DNA from: Macrostomum lignano
Taxonomy: Eukaryota
Length of the DNA stretch: 64,000 bases
Direction of reading: 5' to 3'
Assembly: GCA_002269645.1 (NCBI GenBank)
Contig: NIVC01001608.1
Location: 1-64,000, forward strand
Shown here: piece by piece, positions 30,901 to 43,790 of the stretch
Numbering within the stretch: the stretch's first letter is position 1
How the letters are laid out: each line of letters opens with the position of its first letter
Translations under genes and position numbers: made by a program
Notes under the pieces: model-generated
Databases searched by the model: none
Seen by the model: the letters and a program-made list of their open reading frames with translations, nothing else
What the model was told of the DNA's origin: nothing

Positions 30901-31549
30901 GCTGATTGGGGTGGTGGCCCAGCTGATTGGGGTGGTGGCCCAGCTGATTGGGGTGGTGGCCCAGCTGATTGGGGTGGTGGCCCAGCTGATTGGGGTGGTG
31001 GCTCAACTGATTGGGGTGGTGGCTCAGCTGATTGGGGTGGTGGCCCAGCTGATTGGGGTGGTGGCCCAGCTGATTGGGGTGGTGGCCCAGCTGATTGGGG
31101 TGGTGGCCCAGCTGATTGGGGTGGTGGCCCAGCTGATTGGGGTGGTGGCTCAACTGATTGGGGTGGTGGCTCAACTGATTGGGGTGGTGGCCCAGCTGAT
31201 TGGGGTGGTGGCCCAGCTGATTGGGGTGGTGGCCCAGCTGATTGGGGTGGTGGCCCAGCTGATTGGGTGGTGGCCCAGCTGATTGGGGTGGTGGCCCAGC
31301 TGATTGGGGTGGTGGCTCAGCTGATTGGGGTGGTGGCTCAACTGATTGGGGTGGTGGCCCAGCTGATTGGGGTGGTGGCTCAACTGATTGGGGTGGTGGC
31401 TCAGCTGATTGGTGTGGTGGCTCAGCTGATTGGTGTGATTGTCATTATAAAGAAAATTTTTATACTAAATAAAGAAGCAATTTATAATTAAACACAAACT
31501 TCAATTCCAGGACTTTATGTTCTTTGAGAAAGGCGGCAGAATGTACTGA
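27944..31549 (+). CDS. Phospholipid scramblase (PLSCR family), 5 exons, Gln-rich N-terminus
   Basis: Exons 27944-28163, 28531-28608, 29381-29706, 30644-30802, 31511-31549; PPGLRYL..VDQ, RNCCG.ARPF, EAPPG, FTDADNFGITFP.DL, IGACFLIDFMFFE. Confidence 0.92.
28235..28440 (-). mobile_element. Second, diverged copy of the same SINE-like repeat, in scramblase intron 1
   Basis: Colinear similarity to 27265-27445. Confidence 0.5.
28710..29320. repeat. 34/35-nt minisatellite with a 104-nt higher-order period in scramblase intron 2
   Basis: tcttatt marker at 28776, 28880, 28984, 29088. Confidence 0.9.
29750..30345. repeat. 17-nt minisatellite (ctcaaaccctgcaacac) in scramblase intron 3
   Basis: About 35 variant units. 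Confidence 0.9.
30812..31435. repeat. 21-nt minisatellite (cagctgattggggtggtggcc) in scramblase intron 4
   Basis: About 30 units starting about 10 nt after the donor. Confidence 0.95.
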
Positions 31550-32317
31550 CAGTGGCATCAACAGGCTCAAGGATCGCGTCATCCAATGTGTCGCTCATTT
31601 TTCCCACTTTTGAACTGCCACTGGACGAGAATCTTGCTGACTTTAACTTACAATTACAAGTATCTGTTTTTATTGCGAATAGTTGTTACCAGAGCTAGTC
31701 TTTCATAAAGGATTGTATGCAGTTGTAATTTGGTCATCTGCTGCTTGTAATTTTTAGTCGATGATCAAGAAGCTGAAGCCTTCTAGACTCCAGTGCTGCT
31801 GCGTAAATTAATTCGAAATTGTTTTCTACTAACTATAAAATTTTTAACGCTTAGCTATGTGCCGCAAGAACATCAGATGTAGCCATGCATGTTTCTATGA
31901 ATATAATAAGGTGATTGGGGTGGTAGTAGGTAGTAGTAAGTAGTAGTCTCTATAGTAAGCTATAGAGACATTTTAACTGTCAAATTAGCTACCTTTTAGT
32001 TTAAAGAATACCGCTGGAAACCGACTGGCAAGCAAGCACAACTTAAGCATGATTTGCTGCAGAAACTTCCAAATCAAATTACCCGGAAGATTACCGGCAT
32101 TCAATTAATAACGGTAAATTTTATAATTAACCTCGTGTCTTGAAACCTAGAACAATATTGAAGTGCTGATCCGGCGTACACAGATTGGTCTTGAGTTAAA
32201 TGTACTCTACTTCTGTTTATCTTCACGAATATCGATCTAAATTATTGCGGTAACCTGTGATGGTGGCTGAATGTTTTTTATTTACAATTTTGTCACTGTC
32301 AATGAGGGTGTTTGTCT

Positions 32318-32690
32318 AGCTGATGAGGATGTTGGCACAGCTGATTAGGATGTTAGCCAAGCTGATGATGATGTTAGCTAGCTGATGATGATGTTAGCCG
32401 AGCTGATGAAGATTATAGCCCAGCTGATGAGGATGTTAGCCCAGCTGATGAGGATGTTAGCCCAGCTGATGAGGATGTTAGCCCAGCTGATGAGGATGTT
32501 AGCCCAGCTGATGAGGATGTTAGCCGAGCTGATGATGATGTTAGCCAGCTGTCATGAAGATGTTAACCCAGCTGATGAGGATGTTAGCCTAGCTGATGAG
32601 GATGTTAGCCCAGTTGATGAGGATGTTAGCCCGGCTGATGAGGATGTTAGCCCAGCTGATGAGGATGTTAGCCAGGCTGATGAAGATCTT
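32318..32690. repeat. 21-nt minisatellite (gctgatgaggatgttagccca) between the convergent scramblase and basigin-like genes
   Basis: About 17 units. Confidence 0.9.
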
Positions 32691-33025
32691 GAACCCGAAG
32701 GATTCTGGGATTAATGGTGAATCCAAGTCACTGGATGTTGTTAGACCTTTTACTTTCGACTTGCCGACAGAATTAAGTCTAAACTATGAGCAGCAGAATT
32801 AGACAAAACAGTTGTTTAGAAACAGTTCGACATTATTAAGCAAACGAAGCGAAGCCGTTTGCGAATAAAAAACGTTGAAACAGGATTTTTAATGAGCTGT
32901 TTGTTAATTGAGCATCCGGTGTCTTAATTAAAGTTATGTATGTCAAAAGTTGCACCTTTAGTACACGCTTTCACTCATCGGCAGAAACTGCATCATTACG
33001 CACGACCAGTTCAATAATAATGCAG

Positions 33026-34503
33026 CTAAATTCGGACAGAGGGGTTCGGCTGAGTTTTGACAGCTTTTGAACCTGCCACCGCTGGTTTATCAGCCGCTTT
33101 ACTGGCGCCAGCTTCGGTGGGAGCGGCGGCAACGGTGCTTGTTCTGGCGCTGCTTCTGGCTTTGGCGCTGGAGTGAGCAGCGGCTTCGGTACCGACTTTT
33201 GCTCTGCCAATATTGGAGCTGATTCTGCTGCTCCTGACGCTGCGAACCACTCCAGTATCGACGCCTGGGCCGCTGCGCCCGGCTCCCGCCTGGCCGGCGC
33301 TTAAGCTTAACGTGCTGCCCCTACCGCCGTCGAACTCCTCGAACTCGAGTCTTTCCTCCTCCTCCTCAGCTTCGCGCCGTGCCGCGCGCCATCTTTTCTC
33401 GTAGATACTGAGCTCGTAGACAATATAGATGGCGACAATGATCACCAGCTGGATGATCAGCACGATCAGAGGGACCAGGTAGGCGCGAGGGTGCTTCACC
33501 CGCAGGTAGATGTTTAAAGAGTTTTTGCCGCGGTCATTCTTAGCGCGACAGACGTACTGACTGCGGTGCCTGAAGTAATGGGTGGTCCTCAATGACATTT
33601 GGCTGGAGAATATTAATGCAAAGTATATCGGACTGGTATTTATGGGTGGGGAGCTGAGTATATGGCAACGCGTCCGATAGTCACGCCAATGTACCACATT
33701 AATTTGGGGCTCATTCTAAAAAGTTAAGCTTCTAAGGCTTGTCATGTCACTCACAAACACGAGGGTCTAACTCCAAGGCGCGCGTGTCTAAGATTCTTTG
33801 TTTAATTAAACAACACAGTAAGTAGCTCCCAGACCTACTTGTGGTAGTCCAATTTGGCGAATTCCAGCTTGTCTCCTTTCCCAACCGGCACCTCCTGCCT
33901 CTGTTTATCGACCAGTTGAATCTTGAACCATGTGACTTCAGCAGTCGGATAGCCGCGCACCTCGCAGGTGACAGAGAGCCGGCTGCCGTGGATAGCGGGC
34001 AGGTCCGCCTGTTTAGCGTAGGCCTCGCGATCCGCCTCTTTCTCGTAGCCGCCGCCTTCAATGCTGAGTCTCAACAGCGGCACAGACAGGAATGCGATGG
34101 TGGTGCTGAATTTCTGGCCGTTGCTTTCTCCCGCGCACGTGTAAGCCGATGCCTTCGCCAGCTTGGATTTGCTCAGCGTCACTTTGGCTCGAAATGTTTT
34201 CTTATCGCCGGACAACTCGCTGGCTACAGCTGGCTGCAAGCTGGCGTCGCCCAGGGTCTGCAGGCTGATCTTCGGGTCCTTCAGCTCGCTCGTCCCAACC
34301 AGCTCGCAACTGATGGACAGGTCCTCGTTGGTTGACTTGATTTGAAGCTCGGGTCCCAGCTTATATCGATTAAACACGCTGGTCTCAGTTTTCTCAACAG
34401 GCACTGTAGCGTTGTGTCCGACAATTTTTACCGAGGCGCTTACGGCTAGGGCTAATGAAGCCAGCTGTAGAAAGACTGTGAGATACAGTCTCTTCTCAAC
34501 CAT
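33026..34503 (-). CDS. Basigin/neuroplastin-like type I membrane protein (signal peptide, 2 Ig domains, TM, long tail), 2 exons
   Basis: Exons 34503-33839 and 33569-33026 (phase 2); Ig Cys pairs (ISCEL/YTCAG; VTCEVRGYPTAEVTW/YVCRAKN); TM PLIVLIIQLVIIVAIYIVYE is in register with basigin PFLGIVAEVLVLVTIIFIYE. Confidence 0.8.
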
Positions 34504-36012
34504 TTTCGGATGCGTCAAAATGATTTACGCGTTTGTTTTTCTTAATTAAGACAAATCTTTAAACATCTCTTTGCGCATCATAATCAACGACAAGTCTACA
34601 TCAGGAGTTTTGTCTATGGTTTTAGGAGTAGGCTTGTTGTCTATGGTAAAATCCCCTTTACGAGTACGGATACAGATATGCAAACGTACAAAGATACTTA
34701 TATACTTTAAGCTCGATGTGTATGATTCTGCTACCTTCTTCGTAGCTTATTTTAATTTTTTGAAGCCATTTCGAAGTCTCTGAATACAGGCAGAGATTTG
34801 CTTCTGCATAGATGCAAAGAACTAGCATTTCTAGCATTTTACCATTAGACGATAAGCCTCGCGACGGGGATCTCGCGAGGCGAATTTGTCCTCCTAAATT
34901 TGAGGCATTCATTTATCAGCTAATAGATCTTTTTTAAAAGTTCGTTTTGCTTCCCCTTAACCGTGACTTTTGTTTGGCTGTAAGGTGCCGTATGGACGAT
35001 ATTGTGTAATTTCTTTTCATTCCTATAGAACGGAGTGCATGCATTAGATAATTATTATTTTTCAACCCATTTATTTCTGTCTAATGCAATGTGACTATTA
35101 ACATATTAGTAATATTTAATTACGACTCATTACTCAGCACACGTCTCTCTTCTCTTCTCTCCTGCCCTGTATCCGACATTTCTGTATAGGGTAAATTGTT
35201 AAGCGCTCTAGTCTCTTCATTAGCCTGTCTACGTGCTTTCCACCTCGCCCCCCCCCAATGGAAATAGCCAATTACACTGAAAAACTTTCAGCAAACACTC
35301 CACGCAACCGAACTGAGTCTTAAGGCATACAGTTTAGCGTCAAACCCTCTTCTAGTTTATTTTCCGATGAGATGCAATGTCGAACTACTTTGCAACATAA
35401 GAAATAGCCAAGCTGTGCCAAGCCTCAGCTTCTACAAGACTTTGCGTTTTTCTAATTTTAGCATTGCAACAGATGGCTAGAAAACGTCATAGTGATGCTA
35501 GCACGAGAAGCGATAATGCACAAGTTAAGCAAAACAAGCCATGCGACAATTTCAGTAGAGAGAATCTGACAGCTCGGAAAAAATATAAGATTTGAGCGAA
35601 TACATTTAGTATATCTGTTATGTCTGCCTAAGTAAAAGAAAATAGATATTCTTGCACAATTATCCTACAAGCGTAGAGATCAAGTGCAGCATTAACATTT
35701 TTAGCAGTTAATAATTAAATAACGTGGCAGAACTCTGCGTAGCATTGTCAAGAAGCAGCATAGCGGCACAGTACAAAGATACAGGAGAATCTATAGTTAA
35801 AACCAAAAAATGACGCTTAAACAAGTCAGTCGTAAAACACCCTAAGTAATCCATACTAAGTACAGTGGATGGGCAACTCTGCAGAAAATAGCTGTTGTCT
35901 ATGGCTTCAAGTCGGAAAAAACATTACATGCGTTATCTAAATGAGAGCAGTATCGTACTGTGAACCTTGTTCTGTATGTATAGTTTGCTGTCCGTAGCAG
36001 TTCGTCCATAAA

Positions 36013-36531
36013 TCAGGCATACTGGGGCGGATAGGCCGGCGGCGGACCCGGCGGGTAGGCGGTGTCCGGCTGGGTCGCCCCGGGCGCTACCGGCGGGTAC
36101 ATCTGGCTCTCGCTGTAGTTCGGCGGCTTCATCTGCAGCTGAGCGGGATACTGCTGCTGCTGCGGATTCGTAGGATAGGCGCCGTTGCTGCTGCTGGCAG
36201 GTGGCGGGATGGTCATGACCGCTCCCGTAGTGGCCGGTCTGACGCTTCGCTTATTGGCAGACTTGCAGACACAGCAGACTACAACGATGACAGTCACAAC
36301 GACACCGATGAACACCAAGGCGCCAACAATGGCTCCAGCGATGCAGCCAACTGAGCAGGAGAGGTAATAGTAGGAGTAGGAGCTTCTGTACGAGTAGCTT
36401 CTGTAGTACGAGTACGAGTATCTGTATGAAGAATAATAATATGTGTAGTAAACTGCATCCACAGCCTGCAGTAGAAGCAGAAAGCAGATCAGATAAGCCG
36501 GCAGCAGAGCAGCTCTGATTCCGAACGTCAT
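36013..36531 (-). CDS. Tyr-rich single-pass membrane protein with PPxY tail (CYYR1/Shisa-like architecture), paralog 1
   Basis: Signal peptide, Y/S/R ectodomain, SCSVGC, hydrophobic TM, CC.C, basic patch, P/Q/Y tail with PPNY and PPAY; intronless. Confidence 0.8.
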   Translation of the reverse strand: MTFGIRAALLPAYLICFLLLLQAVDAVYYTYYYSSYRYSYSYYRSYSYRSSYSYYYLSCSVGCIAGAIVGALVFIGVVVTVIVVVCCVCKSANKRSVRPATTGAVMTIPPPASSSNGAYPTNPQQQQYPAQLQMKPPNYSESQMYPPVAPGATQPDTAYPPGPPPAYPPQYA

Positions 36532-37909
36532 TGTGCTCAGGAAATTAATCGAATATGCGAGTCGTTACGGTTGCAGCTTTAGCGCAGAATCTGTCTAGCG
36601 TCGTCACTGTGCGCCTTGGCTACAAATATCTTTTTTGGGCCCAAAACTGCTGCGCCCGCCCGCGCTGGCTTTATTGACCCTCGGTAACCATTGGATTCGA
36701 GCCAACTCAAGCCTACTCAAACCAAGTCTACCTTCTCTCTGTCTGCCTTTATTCTGCATGCATCCATCCCCTGCTTCTCTTAGATATTTTTATCACACTG
36801 CAGCTTGTACATGTATGCACCTCTAACCAAGCTCTGTTGGTTACAGAAACTCGGTAAAAACGTACTGATGTGAGCTGCCTGACATTAATACAGAACAATG
36901 CTACGCTTGATTTTTACACTAGTTAGCTATCTAGCAATGCTTGCTCAAGAAAAAGAAACCATCTCTTTTTGTCAATTTTCCGCTATTAACGTTATAGAAC
37001 GTACTGTAATATCCTACAGTTTAATTTGATTCGTTTGACGACTCTATTCTGTGATTGAGGCGATAAAAATGCACGATTCAAACACTATAAGCTTCTGCAA
37101 CTTTGTAGTTCTTCTACCTTGTCGATCTCGTCCCGCATGACGTTCACAAAGATACGAGACTAAACGTCTCCGGCTGGTCTGGGCTGTCTTTCGTTCTGGG
37201 TAGGCAGTCCTGCAGTCGGAAGCCCTACCAGACGCCAGAGGGCGGGTTTGTTCCAGGTGGTGTTCTGAATGGGGATCATGGCTAGAGCGCTGTTCCGCTT
37301 CACAACGAACGTATGCAACGAGCGAAAAACTACAGTGGCACTAAAGGAGCTGTCGTGGTGGATGACTCCAGCCTGGCTAGCCACATCATCCGTGCCGAGT
37401 CAATTTAACAAAAGTTTTTTTATTTTACAGTGCTCCAATTTTGAAACAGCTCACTGTTTAGAGCAGACAGGTCGAACAGCAACTGACAGAATGACTCAAG
37501 AGCAAACAGTCTATGGCCAACTTGGCTGTCTAGGCCTTCGTTTTTCGTCACTAAATGCTTTAATCAATATTATCCTCATTGTCTAGCAATTTGACGATCA
37601 TTATTCACAGTTTTAATGCAGAACATTCCATTACTACAAACAATGCATTGTCTGTAGGATCGTCAAACAGAAAAACGATGCAAAGAATCAGCGGTCGCAG
37701 CACGTGACACGGCACGCGCTCGCCAGACAATCGTTGTCACGCACTGGGACCACTGATCATTTATCCATTGTCTCCTTTGTTAGTTAAGTTAAAAAAGAGT
37801 CTAATAATCAAATAATCAGAAACAATATCAACACAAACAAAGTTGTAACACGGAAATTCTGGAAAAAAAATTCACATCAGGGTAGCAGTAAGGGGATAAA
37901 AGTGATTCT

Positions 37910-38700
37910 TTAGTATCTTCTTGCTCCTCCCTGTGCAGCGATGGCAGCGTCGCAACGAGAACGCACGAGCCGCAGCACTCTGCTCACAATGGGCTGCGGT
38001 ATCGCTGCCCGATCCTTTGCAATAGCAGGAGTCAGTGCTGCAAGGTTCGTGATATTCCTCGGAACAAGCCTTCTTCCCATCTCATCCCACAGGTTGCTTG
38101 ATTGAATTCAAGTCCGGGCTTTTGGCTGTCCAATCCATATCAACGTATTGTTGTTGCTGCCCCATGAAGCTGCTGCACATCCGCACAGCGATGCGGGGTT
38201 GCGTTACCATCTTTCAGTATGAAGTCGGGACCCATGCTTGCTAGTCCAAAGGGTAGAGCCACATTGTACAGAATGTCTGTGTACCCATGATCAGTGAGTG
38301 TCCCATCGAGGAACTTCATTTGCAGACAGATGGCTTCATGAAGCAGCTGTCTAACTCATAACGAAGCTACCGTTTCAACCACATATTGCTATCGTATATC
38401 GCGTATCGTCTCGACTCCACTTCGAGTTTGTCAGCGAGTGAAGAAAGCTGACCCGTAGACCGCTTGCTTTTGAGTCATTCTGAAACTTTTTCATTCGACC
38501 TGTCTGCCACGTCAGAGTTATGAAGACTGCCAAATCGGAATTTTTTATGAAAATCGATGCGAGAATGAAAATGACATTGGACTTCGCTTGTTTTGAAGCA
38601 TTCTTGATGCAAATAAATGCTTTTTACCGGTGTTTGAAGATTCAAGTTTTGTGAATTTCGATAGAAACTCACTCCACGTAACGTTAAGATTCGTCACTGG
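37910..38700 (-). pseudogene. Decayed Tc1/mariner transposase
   Basis: Minus-strand fragments FLDGTL..Y.DIL, GPDFILKDGNATPHR, MDWTAKSPDLNSIK / LWDEMGRRL..NLAAL..AIAAQGGARRY*; frameshift near 38090; stops upstream. Confidence 0.75.
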
Positions 38701-39155
38701 TACCTTGGTGAGCTATTGCTACACTGTATAGTTGGTCGATACTACTGGCCATAGTTTCACAACAAAAGTAGTGCGCACGAATTTTAATTCGGCTTCATGA
38801 AAATTGTTTGATTTGGCATTCTGTATGATTTCTGTGCTGTCTGCGCTAGACGGTGAGCTGTTCAGATCCATTCAAGAAAAAACTTTTTTAATGTTGTAAA
38901 AATGTTTTAAAAATGTTGTAAAAATTCTCTGCTTCCATTGGCCCTAATTTACATTTTCAGAGGCCAAGATTAACATCTTATTCAAAATAAACGAGTTCGA
39001 CGTTCATAGTCTATGGCAATTGTGGTGGCTTAATATCTCCATTATTTCAGAGTCTAGGTCCGTGATTGTGTGTACTTCTGCGTCATGTATATTGTACTAT
39101 GTATCTGCCCGCTCTGCGAAGTTGAGGACCTTTACCGAAGTTTAGTGACAGTCGG

Positions 39156-39339
39156 CCATTGTCGGCTGATTTTCCATGCAGGAATGGCATTCTTGCAAAA
39201 AAATTGAATGCACAAAACCGTGCAGGAATGCATTTCTGCGCCTAACGCTTTTTCAGTGAGACTTTACCATAGAAATCCATTCCCGCACGCAAAAGAGTGC
39301 AAGAATGCCATTCCTGCATGGAAAATCAGCCGACAATGG
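39156..39339. mobile_element. 184-bp MITE-like element with perfect 42-bp terminal inverted repeats
   Basis: 39156-39197 is the exact reverse complement of 39298-39339; no TSD seen. Confidence 0.6.
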
Positions 39340-40065
39340 GATTCCTTCACGTTCACTCGTGCAGATGTCATTCCCGCACTCGTGGCCGTGCAGGAACCAT
39401 TCAGTTCGCTCGGTACTTGTGCAATATTTTGGAATTTGAAAAGATGCGCTTTTGAAAATTTTAAGTTTGGGGTATTACCAAAAACAAAACTCTACCGTCG
39501 AGAAAGAGAGTAAACATGGGGTCAGAATAACAGAAATTTCTCTGGAAGGAGGCGAATCTGTCAGACAACAAATGCGTTTTTTTAATCCAAAACCGGCCTC
39601 TGGAGAAAAAACAAGCCATTTGGGCGCTTCCATTGCATACTTTAGGCTTTTGTCCATATTTCACAATCTAAGCCAGCACTGTTCTACTGTTGTTCTACTT
39701 GAGTACTGCGCCCAGATTGAGACTAAACCGAGTTGTTGCATGCAGACAATGGAGCCAGGTTGGAGCTGTATATACAGCACAGCGAGTTCACCTATTTATC
39801 CACAATGAGAGGCGAGAGATAGATGCACACAGAATAAAGGTGGACAGCAAGGTAGCCTTGGCAGTCTCATGAGATGGAACGAAAATGACCAAAAAATGTC
39901 AACAGGGCCAGCATGGGCGGGCAAAGTATTTAAAATGGCGCAGGGCGCAGCCGTTTCGGGTCCAGAAAAATAACAGCAAAGGCGCACAGTGACGAAGCTA
40001 GACAGATTCTGCGCTAAAAGCTGCAACCGTAACGACTCGCATATTCGATTAATTTGCTGAGCACA

Positions 40066-40554
40066 ATGATGTTCGAAATCAGAGCTGCTCTGCTGCCGGC
40101 TTATCTGCTCTGCTTTCTGCTTCTGCTGCAGGGTGCTGATGCACTTTACAATTTTTATTATTCTTCTTACAGAAGCTCGTTCTACAGGAGCTACAGGAGT
40201 TCAAGCTGCACAACGACGAATTGCATCGCTGGAGTCGTTGTTGGAATCTTGGCGTTCGTCGTTATCATTGTGGCTTTCTTCGTTGTATACTGCTGCTTCT
40301 GCAAGTCGACCAAAAAGCAAAGCGTCAGACCGGCCACTACGGGAGCGGCCATGACCAACCCGCCACCTGCCAGCAGCAGCAACGGCGCCTATCCTACGAA
40401 TCCGCAGCAGCAGCAGTATCCCGCTCAGCTGCAGGTGAAGCCGCCGAACTACAGCGAGAGCCAGATGTACCCGCCGGTAGCGCCTGGGGCGACCCAGCCG
40501 GACACCGCCTACCCGCCGGTTCCGCCGCCGGCCTACCAGCCTCAGCAGGCCTGA
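40066..40554 (+). CDS. Tyr-rich PPxY membrane protein, paralog 2 (inverted duplicate of paralog 1)
   Basis: Signal peptide and tail nearly identical to 36013..36531; shorter, different ectodomain. Confidence 0.8.
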   Translation: MMFEIRAALLPAYLLCFLLLLQGADALYNFYYSSYRSSFYRSYRSSSCTTTNCIAGVVVGILAFVVIIVAFFVVYCCFCKSTKKQSVRPATTGAAMTNPPPASSSNGAYPTNPQQQQYPAQLQVKPPNYSESQMYPPVAPGATQPDTAYPPVPPPAYQPQQA

Positions 40555-42093
40555 TGAGTGGCTGACCCAGAGAGTTGTGTCTTTTTAGTCCAGAAAATAA
40601 GTCTGTGACAAAAGGCTGACAAGTATTGTCAAATTTAGTTTTACTGACCAAGTTTACAGTGCTACTGCTTTACGTCCGTCCCAAGAGACGCCCTCAGCCG
40701 GTTCTCTGTTAATGATAGTGTCTGTACAAAATGTTTTCTTTATTAATGGTTTTGCGGTCACGTCTGATCCATCATCACCCGTGATAGTTTCGTGGCATAT
40801 TTTGCATATTTTTGACTATGCTTATGCAGTCTCACTTTGTGGTGTTTATTTGTCACGTGCAAATATTAACTGTAAAGACACTTATACAATAAAGTAAGTT
40901 CAGAAGTGACATTGATTTTCTCGTGTTTAAGTAATTTTAATGAAGACTAAAAATGAAAATTTACACCAGATAAATGGCTTGGTAAATGTTGAACTCAGGA
41001 GTGTTCTAAATAGATTTTCTCCACTGAGCTCACTGCACGGTTTCTATGCTTACTCCTGAACTGAGACTGGGCACGCAACTTGTGAATGTAGCTGCAGGGG
41101 GCTCCTGGAGTCCGGATGCAGCGCAGAGGCGTTGCTACCCCATTCCGCTAAAAAACCCCTGGCAACCACGGGCAGCTGGTGCTGCGGTGTCGCGCAGGGA
41201 GATCCGGTGTTGCCGGATCCGCAGCGCCGTCCCCCTCCGGAGAGACCAGAACGTGGATGGTCGCTCGCCCGGTAGATTCTCGGGATTGAAAACGTCGGAG
41301 AGGTCCAGGTTTGGGCCGAGGTAGGTCAGCAAAGATGGAGTTTTCACTACGGATATTCCACTGAGGTAACAATGCCTAGCGAGGCAGTCATATTCGTACA
41401 CGTATTCTTCGCAGTCAACCGTTTTGTTAATCTGTTGGATTGGGGTTTTGGGAATCCGTAAATCAAGGCGACAGGTTAATTGACCTGGAAGCTTTTACGC
41501 TGGCACTAACACACAAATAATGAAGAAAATACTTCAGACCGTCATTGAGACAAAAATTGAAAGAATACTGCCATTGCAAGCTCATCTTGGCCCCATAGTT
41601 TCGCTCATTTGGCTAGCCAATTTTCGGCAAGACTAGGCCCTACAAAACTTTTACAGGAAATACGTACGGTTGTTCTTAAGTTGAGCTGCCTGACATTAGT
41701 TTGAAGCAATCATGCATGGCTTCATTGTCTGGTCGAACATTACATAGAACTCACAGATATTCCAACGAGAGCAAAACCATTCAGAAGTACATTGAGGGGA
41801 TAGGAAAAGTGTAACATTTTGAATTCCGCTTTTCCGCCAGTTCTCCGTACTAGTTGTTTTTCAAAATCTGAACCAAGAAACTTGTAGAATCATGGCTGAA
41901 AAAATTGCGGCTTCACGCACTGAACACGCGTCTTCAGTGTGGTGTCGCGTGCAAATCAACTTCCGTTCAGTTATCCAATTGCTTGAACTCAAGCCCTCCC
42001 GAATTTTCAAAGTACGGAATTAGAGAACTCTAAGAATTAATGTAATTACGAGCTCGTAGAGAAGATAATGACAGAAGCATTTTTGAAAAAATG

Positions 42094-42675
<582 letters not shown>

Positions 42676-43103
42676 ATGCATTAAATAAACCAATAAATGC
42701 ATTTAGCAGCTTTTTGCTTGGGTAGACATGATTTTATTTGAAATATAATTATATTGTTAGACATCTGTGAGGAAAATAATATCATTTATTTCATGTCAAA
42801 TTATCGCACAGGGTATCAATAGGCATTCGTAATCAAGAATAATTTGACGCACGCGTAAATATATGTAAATGAAACTAAAAACAAACTACTTTACAACTGT
42901 CCCATAAACGATGACAGATGTCTATGCGTCTCATGAAAACTGTTAGTCGTGAGTCAACGTAAACCTCTAGAATGCATAAATAGACGTTGGAAGTATTGCG
43001 TTCTTTTATACACAGCGGTGCTTAGTTTATGCCCTTAGTCTATGTCAGAAACGTTTCTGACAGTTTATCATCAGCTCTAATAAAAACACAAATCAGGTAC
43101 GAA

Positions 43104-43697
43104 TCAGGCCTGTCGTGGCTGATAAGCGGGCGGCGGCTCCGGCGGGTAGGCGGTGTCCGGCTGCGCCACACCCGGCGGTGGCGGCGGGTACACGCCGAAT
43201 CCTGGCGGGTAGACCGGCGGGCCCATTTGGCTCTCTTCGTAGGCTGGCGGTTGCTGAGGAAACACTTGATGGCGTCGACTTGGATAGGAGATTGAAGAGA
43301 CGCCGCTGTCGGTTGGCGGCGCCGACGGCTGGGCACTGCTCATCGACGTGCCCGTGGTGGATGGCCGGACAGTCCGCTTTTTGTTGGCCTTGCACACACT
43401 GTAGATCAAGACGGTGATGCCGATCAGAACGCCTAGCAGTACCAGACCACCAATCACCGCTCCGGCGATGCAGCCGGATCTGCAACCGCTACTGGACGTA
43501 CTTGCTTCTGTAATAGCATTCGGGTTGGCTGTTGAAGTTCTGTAGCCGTAAAAATAGCTGTAAAAGTAGTAGTAGGAGTAGTAATAGCGACTGTATCTAT
43601 AGTAGTAGTAGTACGAGTAGTATACTGCATCAGCAGGCTTCAGGACGAACACAAAACAAAGTAGGAGCACCAGCAGTAGATCTTTGACTTCCGGCAT
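43104..43697 (-). CDS. Tyr-rich PPxY membrane protein, paralog 3 (197 aa)
   Basis: Signal peptide, YYSYYYYYRYSRYYYSYYYFYSY ectodomain plus S/T linker, CRSGCIAGAVIG, TM, PPAY/PPVY/PPAY. Confidence 0.8.
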   Translation of the reverse strand: MPEVKDLLLVLLLCFVFVLKPADAVYYSYYYYYRYSRYYYSYYYFYSYFYGYRTSTANPNAITEASTSSSGCRSGCIAGAVIGGLVLLGVLIGITVLIYSVCKANKKRTVRPSTTGTSMSSAQPSAPPTDSGVSSISYPSRRHQVFPQQPPAYEESQMGPPVYPPGFGVYPPPPPGVAQPDTAYPPEPPPAYQPRQA

Positions 43698-43782
43698 GTT
43701 TTTTGTTTGATGATGCTAATTTTTTTGTTTCACCAACTTTTTTCTCGGTGCGTTGCGCGACTAAATCTACTGGAGAGGCGAA

Positions 43783-43790
43783 TTTATATT
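43783..43790 (-). promoter_or_regulatory. Candidate TATA box of paralog 3
   Basis: TATAAA on minus about 86 nt upstream of the ATG; paralog 4 has one at a matching distance (45844-45849). Confidence 0.3.

Noticed and set aside
32318-32690. Hammerhead cores (many CTGATGA)
   Set aside because: No GAAA or stem II/III; part of a 21-nt array. 58720-58760 and 46905-46950 also lack an intact core.
37420-38735. Tc1 terminal inverted repeats (tacagtgctcc at 37426; cactgta at 38723)
   Set aside because: Only patchy similarity beyond TACAGTG, so boundaries cannot be called
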